From assembly GCA_017456895.1 (NCBI GenBank), contig JAFTIN010000003.1:47-64046 (forward strand): DNA of 64,000 bases. Reading direction: 5' to 3'. The stretch is from Clostridia bacterium. GTDB lineage: Bacteria > Bacillota > Clostridia > Oscillospirales > CAG-272. How positions within the stretch are numbered: the stretch's first letter is position 1; every line of letters begins with the position of its first letter. The notes under the pieces are model-generated. The model was given only the letters and a program-made list of their open reading frames with translations, made no database searches and was not told where the DNA came from. Made by a program: the position numbers and the translations under genes. Below, piece by piece: positions 27,575-36,186 of this stretch.

Positions 27575-29236
27575 TTATAAGAATTTACGCTTGATGAACA
27601 CGACTATACCAAGAGCTGCCGCAGTCACGGGCACAGCCAAAACTATGACCGTGTAAATAACGATAGCCGTGGAGCCAAGACCCTTGTTATACTTAACGAC
27701 CTCCGTTGCATCCCAGGAGTAGACCTTGGTGGGAGAGGAGGACAGAGTCGTGCTGGCAGTCTGCTTTCCTCCAAAGGAGGGGGAGTTGTATGACAAGCCG
27801 CCGAGCTCTATGGTAGCGTATCTGTCGGTTCTGGATATATTGCTGATCACCGACGCCAAAACGTCGTAGTTGGCGTAAGAGGTGTTGCCGAGCAGCTCGT
27901 TGGAGAAGAAGTCGGCGCTGTTGGTACAAAATAGGTATGACGAGGAGTTCTCGGCGGTGTAGCTGTCAAGATTCTTTCTGACACCTGCCGCAACGAGAGT
28001 CTTGACGCTCGTGTCGGTCGCACCGCCCGAATAGACGTACGCGTTATCCGACGTACCGATGAAGGCGGCGTAGTTTCTCGAGCCGTATTTATTGCCCGAC
28101 TCGATCATGGATTCACTCATATCAATTGAGCAATAGACGTACCCCGTGTTAGAAAATACCATCTTCGGAGCGCTGGAAAGCGAGGAAAATCCGCCGTAGT
28201 AAGCGTAGCCGAAGTTCTGCTCGTTCTGATCGTATACGCCCGAGAATACCGAGTCGTCGCTCTCGCCGTTAGAATCGGTGAAAAGCGCGTTATCGGGATC
28301 GAACACCTGCGTGTCTCCGAAGCGGATGCCCCACTCTGCCGCAAAGTTCTCTAGCAGGGGAAGATCGACGTCAAAGGCCTTATTGAGCATTACCGCGCCC
28401 GACTCGCCCATGAGATATCTGTCTATCTTCTCAAGGTCGGATACATAACCGAAGCTGTCGAGCTTTGTGTCATCATAGGTAAAATCCGTCCTCGGATCGT
28501 TTATGATAAGGAGCGCGCAGTCGTCGGGGATCGCATCGACCGCCCCAAGACTGATAGTCTTTATCGCAAGGCCGCGCTCGGTTAGAAGGTCGGCAAGATA
28601 TCCAAGACTCTTGCTCATCTCGGAATCCGGGTTCTCGGGATCGTAGTATCTCTCGCCGTGATCGGTCACAAAATACGCCACGGGACGGTTGATGGCCGTG
28701 ATGGAGGCGAGGATGGAAGCTACTCTGTACTCTCCGTTGTAGGAGAAGTTGTCGCTGGTCCAGAAGCCTGTCGCATTGACGATCTTATACTTTGCTCCGT
28801 AGGAGAAGATAACGTCTGTTGCCGAAATAGTGTCTCTGGACGTGGTTCTGTACATAGATACCGCGGTAGGATCGAGAGCTACGTTTACCGTCTCAACCGT
28901 CACGTTATCAAATTCATTCTGCATTGCGAGCGCCATAAAGTAGGTCGCGCGCATTTTATCACTTCCGATGAGGTAGTCGGGGTCTGTGCAGAAGGTGATC
29001 TTTATCTGCTTTTTATTCCCGCTCTCATCAGCGTCAAGTATCTCGTGGCACACCTCGAGCATCTTATCACTCATAGTGTAGAAGCCCTCGGGAGTGAGGT
29101 CGATCATAAACAGCTTCTGTCCGCCAAAGTAGGTAAGAATGAGGTTTAAGCCGAGGAGAAGCACAATACCGACTATAGTGATAACGGAAAATATTTTCGT
29201 TCGGGTGCTTTTACCCTTAAATATCGACTTTTTCAT
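27575..29236 (-). CDS. GldG-like (ABC-type uncharacterised transport system) protein
   Basis: N- and C-terminal TM, IDLT...YTMS, AYFVTDHGE, LLIINDPRTDF. Confidence 0.8.
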   Translation of the reverse strand: MKKSIFKGKSTRTKIFSVITIVGIVLLLGLNLILTYFGGQKLFMIDLTPEGFYTMSDKMLEVCHEILDADESGNKKQIKITFCTDPDYLIGSDKMRATYFMALAMQNEFDNVTVETVNVALDPTAVSMYRTTSRDTISATDVIFSYGAKYKIVNATGFWTSDNFSYNGEYRVASILASITAINRPVAYFVTDHGERYYDPENPDSEMSKSLGYLADLLTERGLAIKTISLGAVDAIPDDCALLIINDPRTDFTYDDTKLDSFGYVSDLEKIDRYLMGESGAVMLNKAFDVDLPLLENFAAEWGIRFGDTQVFDPDNALFTDSNGESDDSVFSGVYDQNEQNFGYAYYGGFSSLSSAPKMVFSNTGYVYCSIDMSESMIESGNKYGSRNYAAFIGTSDNAYVYSGGATDTSVKTLVAAGVRKNLDSYTAENSSSYLFCTNSADFFSNELLGNTSYANYDVLASVISNISRTDRYATIELGGLSYNSPSFGGKQTASTTLSSSPTKVYSWDATEVVKYNKGLGSTAIVIYTVIVLAVPVTAAALGIVVFIKRKFL

Positions 29237-29239
29237 CGG

Positions 29240-30772
29240 TTATCTGTTCTTTCTCCTTATGATAGTAATCGCGCCGATAACGGCAAGTGCCACGGGGATC
29301 GCTAAAATTATAGCTGTGTATATTTTGGCAGTACCCATAGTAAGATTTTCGAGTATTTTGGATCTGTACATTACCTGGTTGGTGCCTCTTGGAGCAGAGT
29401 TCGAATCAAAGAGGACCTCAAGCACGGAGTAGAGGAAGTCCTTGTTCGAGTAGCTCTCCGAAAGAAAGGCGTCGACCGACGTAATGTACGCGGTGGGTAT
29501 AACGAATACCACGGACTCCTTGCCATCCTTCTCTTCTCTTACCGAATAGGCGGCAACGGCATAGCCGCCCTCGCTGTCGGTCACCTTACCGCCCGCGTGG
29601 GTGGAGGAGGTGCTGCCCGAGATAAGCAGGGGGTGTGCGCCGAGAGAGGAGTCGAGCTTAAGACTCGTCACCTCGCTGACGAGCACACGGTCGTCACCGA
29701 ATTTAGACACCTTGGAGTATATCTCGTCGGATACGGCGTTTTGCGCATGGGTTGCGACGAAGGTGTATCCGTCCGGTGTGATGGCGTTGGAATTTTCCCT
29801 GACTATGTCGCGCACGAGTACGCCGTGCTCATTATATTCGCCCGAGAGGGTTATACCCCACTTTTTGATGAGACCCTCGAGGTTTTTAAGCTCCTTGACG
29901 TACGGATCTAAGGCGACGTAGAGCTTACCGCCCGACTCAAGGTAGTCCTCGATCTTGTTGAGCTCGCCTCTGACCTCGGCATTCTCTACGGAAAGCTCAA
30001 AGTCGGAGGTGGGGTTGGAGATTATGATCATGCCCGCATCCTTCGGTATCTCGGACTTGCGCAGGTTAATAGCCTCAACGTAATATCCCGCGCAGGTGAG
30101 AAGGTTGCTGAAGGCAACGTCGGCGGTCTCACCGTGGTTCTGCGTAAAGTAAGCGACGGGGTGATCGTCGTGGAGCACCCAGGATATCATAGCGGCAATT
30201 ATCTCCTCGCCGTTATAGGCGACGATGTTGGCGGACGAGTCGAGCGTGTAGAAGTCAACGAAGCCCGCGGAGGTGGCCGTATCGGTGATAACGCGGCAGC
30301 TCCATTCCTCCCCCTCTCCCGCCTCGAAGATGACAGAGTTCTGCTTGAGCTTGTTCTTGCCGCCGTCTAAGTATTTTTCAAAATTAACGATATTACCGTC
30401 CTCGTCAAGCTTGGTGAGGAGGTTAACGAATCTTAGGTCAACGAGCTCGGGATATCTCTCTTGAAAAGCGCGCGCTGTTGTCAAAACGAGGCTACCCGTG
30501 TCGTGTTTTTCCAGCTGATCCTCCGGATAACAGAAGGTTATAGTGACCCTTTTGCCGAGGAGGATCGCATTGGCGAAAAGCTCGTCGGTGTTGCCCGAAA
30601 TGGAAAGGTCGTCCACGTCGGGAGAATACAGATACAGTCCGAACGCGTTGGTGAGTGTGTAGGCGAGAATGTTGATAAGCACGACCATGGCTATGATGAC
30701 CACGGTCATGGTATTACCTATTCCCTTTCTGCCGGTCAGCCTGCGCCCGAGCTTCTTAAAGAATTCCTTCAT
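29240..30772 (-). CDS. Second GldG-like protein
   Basis: AYFTQNHGE, IIISNPTSDF, YLESGGKL, NKDF, C-terminal TM followed by RRKNR. Confidence 0.8.
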   Translation of the reverse strand: MKEFFKKLGRRLTGRKGIGNTMTVVIIAMVVLINILAYTLTNAFGLYLYSPDVDDLSISGNTDELFANAILLGKRVTITFCYPEDQLEKHDTGSLVLTTARAFQERYPELVDLRFVNLLTKLDEDGNIVNFEKYLDGGKNKLKQNSVIFEAGEGEEWSCRVITDTATSAGFVDFYTLDSSANIVAYNGEEIIAAMISWVLHDDHPVAYFTQNHGETADVAFSNLLTCAGYYVEAINLRKSEIPKDAGMIIISNPTSDFELSVENAEVRGELNKIEDYLESGGKLYVALDPYVKELKNLEGLIKKWGITLSGEYNEHGVLVRDIVRENSNAITPDGYTFVATHAQNAVSDEIYSKVSKFGDDRVLVSEVTSLKLDSSLGAHPLLISGSTSSTHAGGKVTDSEGGYAVAAYSVREEKDGKESVVFVIPTAYITSVDAFLSESYSNKDFLYSVLEVLFDSNSAPRGTNQVMYRSKILENLTMGTAKIYTAIILAIPVALAVIGAITIIRRKNR

Positions 30773-30791
30773 ACTGTAAGCTCTCCGATCA

Positions 30792-31499
30792 TCAACCGAA
30801 TCTGCGGCGGTCGTACACTCTGATGGTGAGCCAGAGGAAGATTCCGCTCACGGAGAGATAATAAATGACCGATGCAAACTCAAAATAGCCGTTGACGAAG
30901 CTCTGGAATCTGGTGAAGATAGAGATAGCGTCAAATACGTATCTTATAGCGTACGATGTGGGTATAAGCGAATTTACAAGGCCTATACCAAGGAAGCCGA
31001 GGATAATGGCGATAGTGCCTATAGCCGCGGAGAGCTGGTTCTCGGTAAGGGCCGAAACAAAGATACCTATAGAGATAAATACCATTCCCACAAGCAAAAG
31101 AGCTATGAGGTTGCCGAAGAGCACGGCGAACTTAAGCTGGGTATAGGGAATGAGGAAGAGGAAGTAAAGCGAGGTAAGTACGGTTGCAGCGCCAAAAACT
31201 GTGTAGGAAGCAAGGAATTTGCCGAAAACCATCGCAGGAAGTGACACGGGTGCCGTCAAAATGAGCTGCTCGGTCTTTGTCTTTCTCTCCTCGCTGAAGG
31301 ATTTCATAGTAAGAAGAGGGAGAACCACCGCCGAGAAAACAAGCATTAGGGTGAAGTAGTTCGTCACATCCGAGGACATAGAGAACATGGTGGTATAGCT
31401 GAAGAGTATGCCGGCGATAGCGAGATAGATAACGAGAAATACGTATCCTATCACGCCGACGAAATAGCTCTTTAATTCTCTTTTGTAGATTGCAAGCAT
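30792..31499 (-). CDS. ABC-2 permease, GldF-like
   Basis: AIYKRELKSYF, PLLTMKSFSEERKTKTEQLILTAP, GKFLA. Confidence 0.88.
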   Translation of the reverse strand: MLAIYKRELKSYFVGVIGYVFLVIYLAIAGILFSYTTMFSMSSDVTNYFTLMLVFSAVVLPLLTMKSFSEERKTKTEQLILTAPVSLPAMVFGKFLASYTVFGAATVLTSLYFLFLIPYTQLKFAVLFGNLIALLLVGMVFISIGIFVSALTENQLSAAIGTIAIILGFLGIGLVNSLIPTSYAIRYVFDAISIFTRFQSFVNGYFEFASVIYYLSVSGIFLWLTIRVYDRRRFG

Positions 31500-31510
31500 T
31501 TATCTTTTCC

Positions 31511-32482
31511 TCACTTTCTGCGTTTCTTTGTCTCATTCACCTTATCCGAACGATCGACAAGGCGGATGAATACAGTCTCAAGGTCGGTGCCCGAGGGCTC
31601 CATACCTATGATAGGCCAGTTGTTTGACACACAGAGGTTGAACACCGACTTTCTGACGTCGACGTTTTTCTCGCTCTCGACAACGTAAGAGTATGAGTCG
31701 AGATCTCTCTCGCCGGTGGACTCCACGCTCTTGATACCGTTTATTCTGCGCAGAGCAAGCTCTACCTCACGCGCGGGGCCGCATATTTTAACCTTGTAGC
31801 GGTAGCCGTCCTCGATCGTCTTGACGATATCGTCCGTACGCTCGTCGGCAATTATGCTGCCCTTATTGATAATGATGACTCTCTCGCAGACGGCCTGTAC
31901 CTCTGCGAGAATATGAGTGGAGAGTACGACCGTGTGACGGCGCGCCAGGGTTCTCAGAAGATTTCTCACGGCTATGATCTGCTTAGGATCAAGACCGATA
32001 GTAGGTTCGTCAAAGATAACGACCTTGGGATCTCCGATAAGCGCCTGAGCTATGCCGACTCTCTGCTTATTACCCTTTGAGAGGTTGCGGATGAGCCTGT
32101 CCTTTACCTCGGAGAGCTTGGTCACCGAGATGATCTCCTCAATGTGGGGCTCTCTCTCAAGCTCGCATCCCTTGAGCTCGTATACGAAGTTCAGGTATTC
32201 GGTTACCGTCATCTCGGGATAGAGAGGAGGCTGCTCGGGGAGAAAGCCTATATTCTTCTTTGCCTCGATAGGATCGTCGAGGATATTCACTCCGTTTATG
32301 TATACCTCACCCGACGTGGAGGATAGGTATCCCGTAAGGATATTCATAGCGGTACTCTTGCCCGCTCCGTTGGGGCCGAGCAGACCAACGATCTCGCCCT
32401 CGCCTATCTCAAAGCTAACGTCGTTCAGGGCGTAGTTGGATCCGTATCGCTTAACCAGATTCTGAACCTTGATCATAGTCAT
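31511..32482 (-). CDS. ABC ATP-binding protein, GldA-like
   Basis: GPNGAGKST, LSKGNKQRVGIAQA, DEPTIGLDP, STH. Confidence 0.92.
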   Translation of the reverse strand: MTMIKVQNLVKRYGSNYALNDVSFEIGEGEIVGLLGPNGAGKSTAMNILTGYLSSTSGEVYINGVNILDDPIEAKKNIGFLPEQPPLYPEMTVTEYLNFVYELKGCELEREPHIEEIISVTKLSEVKDRLIRNLSKGNKQRVGIAQALIGDPKVVIFDEPTIGLDPKQIIAVRNLLRTLARRHTVVLSTHILAEVQAVCERVIIINKGSIIADERTDDIVKTIEDGYRYKVKICGPAREVELALRRINGIKSVESTGERDLDSYSYVVESEKNVDVRKSVFNLCVSNNWPIIGMEPSGTDLETVFIRLVDRSDKVNETKKRRK

Positions 32483-32781
32483 TTAACGTCGGTAAAACCG
32501 ACTTCCTTTCGAATATATGTAAAATTTTTATCACTTTTAAAAGCTTTTTAGGGGCTCTCCGAGCCGATATCAAGCTAATTCAACATTATACCACACAATT
32601 GTAAATAAATTATTAACAAAATAAATAAAATTTAAATATTATAATGTACGGTCGGTAAACATTTTTAGAGTATTGGTTCATTTTTACTCACAAATCTCGC
32701 TTTCAAGCCGTACGACACTGCATTTTTTCAATAAAAACGGGAGTTTATGCCCTAAAAGAGGTCTTCTTTTCATTTCTCGGC

Positions 32782-32810
32782 TTGACAAAAGTGAGAAAGG
32801 GTTGTATAAT
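32782..32810 (+). promoter_or_regulatory. Consensus SigA promoter of trpS
   Basis: TTGACA-N17-TATAAT. Confidence 0.8.
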
Positions 32811-32851
32811 CTTGGTATATCTTTGTTTATCCCCGTAAGGAGAATATAAAA

Positions 32852-33850
32852 ATGGCAGAAAACGATAAGAAAATAGTATTTTCCGGAGTGCAGCCCTCGG
32901 GCAACCTCACTCTCGGCAACTACCTCGGCGCTATCAAGAATTTCTCTCGCTTCTCCGAGGACTATAAGACCTTTTACTGTGTTGTTGATCTTCACGCTAT
33001 AACCGTCAGACAGGTTCCCGCAGAGCTCAGAAAAAGGACCTATGAGACTCTCGCTCTCTATATGGCGTGCGGCCTCGATCCCGAGAAAAACACCCTGTTT
33101 GTTCAGTCGCACGTGCCCCAGCACGCCGAGCTCGGTTGGATACTCGACTGCTACACTATGTTCGGTGAGCTCTCGAGAATGACTCAGTTCAAGGACAAGA
33201 GCGCAAAGAACGCGCAGAATATAAACGCGGGCCTCTTCACCTACCCTGCCCTTATGGCGGCGGATATTCTGCTCTACCAGACCGATATCGTACCGGTAGG
33301 CATTGATCAAAAGCAGCATCTTGAGCTCGCGCGCGACGTTGCCGCAAGATTCAACCTCATATACTCCGACACCTTCAAGATCCCCGAGGGATACATTCCC
33401 ACCGATACTATGAAAATAATGTCGCTTCAGGAGCCCACCGCAAAGATGTCTAAGTCCGACCCTAACGAGAACGCGGTCATCCGTATACTCGACTCCAAGG
33501 ACGACGTAATGCGAAAGTTCAAGAGAGCGGTCACCGACTCCGAGACCTCGGTGCGCTACTCCGAGGACAAGCCAGGCGTATCCAACCTTATGACCATCTA
33601 CCGCGCCTTCACCGGCAAGACCTTCGAGGAGATCGAGCGTGAGTTTGACGGCAAGGGCTACGGTGACTTCAAGCTTGCTGTAGGCGAGGCTTGTGCCGAC
33701 GGACTTAAGGACGTAAGAGACGAGTTTGCAAGGCTTATGCAGGATAAGGCTTATCTCGAAGCAGTAATGAAAAAGGGTGCCGAGGAAGCGTACGGCTACG
33801 CAAGACGTACTATGTCCAAGGTAAGAAGAAAGATCGGTTTTGTGAACTGA
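32852..33850 (+). CDS. trpS: Tryptophanyl-tRNA synthetase
   Basis: SGVQPSG.LTLGNYLGA, YPALMAADIL, VPVGIDQKQH, KMSKS. Confidence 0.97.
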   Translation: MAENDKKIVFSGVQPSGNLTLGNYLGAIKNFSRFSEDYKTFYCVVDLHAITVRQVPAELRKRTYETLALYMACGLDPEKNTLFVQSHVPQHAELGWILDCYTMFGELSRMTQFKDKSAKNAQNINAGLFTYPALMAADILLYQTDIVPVGIDQKQHLELARDVAARFNLIYSDTFKIPEGYIPTDTMKIMSLQEPTAKMSKSDPNENAVIRILDSKDDVMRKFKRAVTDSETSVRYSEDKPGVSNLMTIYRAFTGKTFEEIEREFDGKGYGDFKLAVGEACADGLKDVRDEFARLMQDKAYLEAVMKKGAEEAYGYARRTMSKVRRKIGFVN

Positions 33851-33856
33851 TAATGT

Positions 33857-33888
33857 AAGCAGGACTCCGCTTGGAGTCCTGCTTTTTT
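33857..33888 (+). terminator. Rho-independent terminator of trpS
   Basis: AAGCAGGACTCC-GCTT-GGAGTCCTGCTT followed by T-run. Confidence 0.85.
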
Positions 33889-33921
33889 ACTTTTAATCGC
33901 TATTTTTGTCAGCTTCAGTTG

Positions 33922-34431
33922 TCATATTTCGCTCTTTATTCTACGTTCTCTTTTGAGAAGTGAGAGCTTGATGTCGATCATCACTCCGACGAACAGCGCG
34001 AGAAAAACAGCATACCACACCGGCGCGCTAAGAAAAAGGATCAAGCGATCAAGAAGGGGAACGAGCCTTATTACCAGAGCGATAGCCACACCCCAGATCA
34101 CAGAAAATCTCGGACAGACGTAGCCGAGGATATTGCCTCCCTCAAGTGAGTAATCCCACAGTCTCTCACCAAGGACACGGTCGGCAAAAAGACCGACCAA
34201 AAACTCAACGAGAGTCGCTATAGCCATAGAGAAAAGAGCGAGTAAAATAAAGCTGTCAACGCCGGATAAAAGCAGATACGATAGGCAAATACCAACCCCG
34301 TATATGGGGCAAAAAGGCCCGTAACAAAGCCCGCGGTTGATAAAGCGTCCTGTCTTGACAGCCGAGTAAATAACCTCGAGAAGCCAGCCTAAAAAAGAAA
34401 AGGCAAGAAAATATATCAGGTACTTATACAT
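33922..34431 (-). CDS. Putative ABC transporter permease-like membrane protein (CmpB/DUF1113-type)
   Basis: FSFLGWLLE, FINRG...GPFCPIYG, LWDYS, GYVCPRFS..WG. Confidence 0.8.
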   Translation of the reverse strand: MYKYLIYFLAFSFLGWLLEVIYSAVKTGRFINRGLCYGPFCPIYGVGICLSYLLLSGVDSFILLALFSMAIATLVEFLVGLFADRVLGERLWDYSLEGGNILGYVCPRFSVIWGVAIALVIRLVPLLDRLILFLSAPVWYAVFLALFVGVMIDIKLSLLKRERRIKSEI

Positions 34432-34471
34432 ACCCTTATTTTCTTACCTTTTTCAGATTTTATTACCCAAT

Positions 34472-35161
34472 TTATAACTCGACCGTCTCGTATGGGGAGA
34501 TGATCATTCTGTCATCAAAATCAAAATCGTCGGGATCGACGTCGTCAACGAGTCCGTAGTGAATCGGTACAGCACACTTTGCGCCTATCTCGTAGGCAAA
34601 GTCGGCAGCATCCTTCGCATTCATGTTATTGCCCTTTCCGTTAATGGGAAGGAAGGCGTAGTCCACACCGTCCTCGACGAGGTCGAGACAATCGTCAATA
34701 ACGTCAAAGTTATAGAGAGTATCACCGCTTACGTAATAGGTCTTCTCTCCGTCGTCAAGAATAAATCCGACTGCTTCCGTTTCGCTGTGCTCCGCCTTGA
34801 CGGAGTAGAACGTCACACCGCCCTCGCTCCATACAGAGTGAGGAACAAGACGCACAAGGTTGTGCTCATATCCGAGCTCGGTAAGTCGCTCGTAGGCCGA
34901 GCCGCCGGCAAGTACGGTTATCTCCTTACCGCCCCTCTTAAGAAACACGTCGAGTGTCGCGGGATCAAGGTGATCTATATGCGAGTGAGTAATGAGTATC
35001 ACGTCAGGCTCCACTTCAAAGAAGCTCTCGTCAACGGGTATCCTACGTCTCTTCCTTTCGCACCTATCCCCGAGCGAGTCGGAAAGATAGGGATCGACCA
35101 GAACGGTCAGTCTGTCATTCTCAAAAAGCAGTCCTGCCTGAGTTAACCATGTTACCTTCAT
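34472..35161 (-). CDS. MBL-fold metallo-hydrolase (UlaG-like)
   Basis: WLTQAG, DPYLS, THSHIDHLD, SGDT, LPING..NM, PIHY. Confidence 0.88.
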   Translation of the reverse strand: MKVTWLTQAGLLFENDRLTVLVDPYLSDSLGDRCERKRRRIPVDESFFEVEPDVILITHSHIDHLDPATLDVFLKRGGKEITVLAGGSAYERLTELGYEHNLVRLVPHSVWSEGGVTFYSVKAEHSETEAVGFILDDGEKTYYVSGDTLYNFDVIDDCLDLVEDGVDYAFLPINGKGNNMNAKDAADFAYEIGAKCAVPIHYGLVDDVDPDDFDFDDRMIISPYETVEL

Positions 35162-35496
35162 ATATTTCTCCAATCAATTATAAATATCGTTCTCGTTCCG
35201 TTATTACGCAAATTTGACAATTATAGTTTACTAAAATTAGCAACTCCGCAAATTCGGCCGTTACTTTTGTCTTTGTATACTTATACACCGCGGAGCAAAA
35301 CATATATCTCGGATAGCCCTATATTCGTCAAAGTGGCCTACCGTACATAAAGCCTGCCTCACACATTCTCGTATCAGGCCTCCATCTTATCTATACCTTT
35401 TCTCCGTTTTTTATTCTTCCCTTATATCTTATCACAAAATACGCTTACTTGTCAATCAAAACTTATTACGCTTTTACTATTATTTAAAATAAGGTA

Positions 35497-35525
35497 TTGA
35501 CTTTTCTTTATCTTTGTAGTAAAAT
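35497..35525 (+). promoter_or_regulatory. SigA promoter of the T-box-ileS transcript
   Basis: TTGACT-N17-TAAAAT. Confidence 0.7.
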
Positions 35526-35542
35526 CTATATGTAAAAAATCT

Positions 35543-35866
35543 AAAGACTGTGACGAAGACAGTAGCCGTACGGAAAAGGTGCAGAGAGTCGGGGTAGGTG
35601 TGAGCCCGATACGGAGTACGTACAGACGGTTATCCGAGACGGATCTCATCCCGGAGCACCGTGGCAGACGATGAAGGGGCGCTCCCTCTCCTGCCGTGAA
35701 TATCACTTCCGAGTCGCGCTTGTGAAAGCAGGAGCACCCTTACCGCTTCCCTGATAAGTAATGAGCGTCGGAGCCCTACCGTAATATCGGGCGCATATTG
35801 ATGGATATGTGAATGGATGGTATAAGTGTTTTTTCCGTTTCCATATTGGGGGCGGTTTTTTTATTT
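35543..35866 (+). ncRNA. T-box riboswitch (Ile specifier AUC)
   Basis: AGTA/GAA loop-E, AGAGA bulge and GGTG loop, specifier ATC at 35702-35704, antiterminator bulge TGGTATA at 35818-35824, terminator CCGTTTCC..GGGGCGG plus T-run; upstream of ileS. Confidence 0.8.
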
Positions 35867-35886
35867 GTCGGAACGACAAATAAAAA

Positions 35887-36135
35887 ATGAAGCGCACCTT
35901 AGCGGTGCATGAAAAATGAAGCAGCCTGCGGCTATGAAGCGTGGCTTCGCCACACGGAGAAGTTAGAGTGCGCTTCGCTTCATGTTCCGCTTGCGGAATG
36001 CTTCATACGAACGAAGTGAGTGCTTCATGAAAGTCGACAGACTTTTGCTTCATATCGCGTAAGCGATGCTTCATTCAATGAAGTTGCTGCTTCATATTCG
36101 CATGGCAAATGCTATGTATCGCTGCACGAATGCTT
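35887..36135. repeat. Inverted array of ATGAAGC/GCTTCAT heptamers separated by short variable hairpins
   Basis: ATGAAGC at 35887, 35916, 35934; GCTTCAT at 35977, 36000, 36022, 36047, 36068, 36089. Confidence 0.85.
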
Positions 36136-36186
36136 TTTGAAATTAATTGTTAAAATATACACGGGCTATGCCCAAAAGGAGAAAAA

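Noticed and set aside
32650-32851. T-box upstream of trpS
   Set aside because: A consensus promoter lies only about 40 nt from the start; no T-box motifs or terminator
35290-35360. Weak resemblance to a c-di-GMP-I riboswitch (GCAAA...CAAAG...GGCCTA) on the + strand
   Set aside because: No GNRA-capped P2 stem and no gene placed under it
35887-36135. Repeat array as a CRISPR array
   Set aside because: Repeat only 7 nt, spacers about 11-18 nt and self-complementary, orientation flips midway, no cas genes
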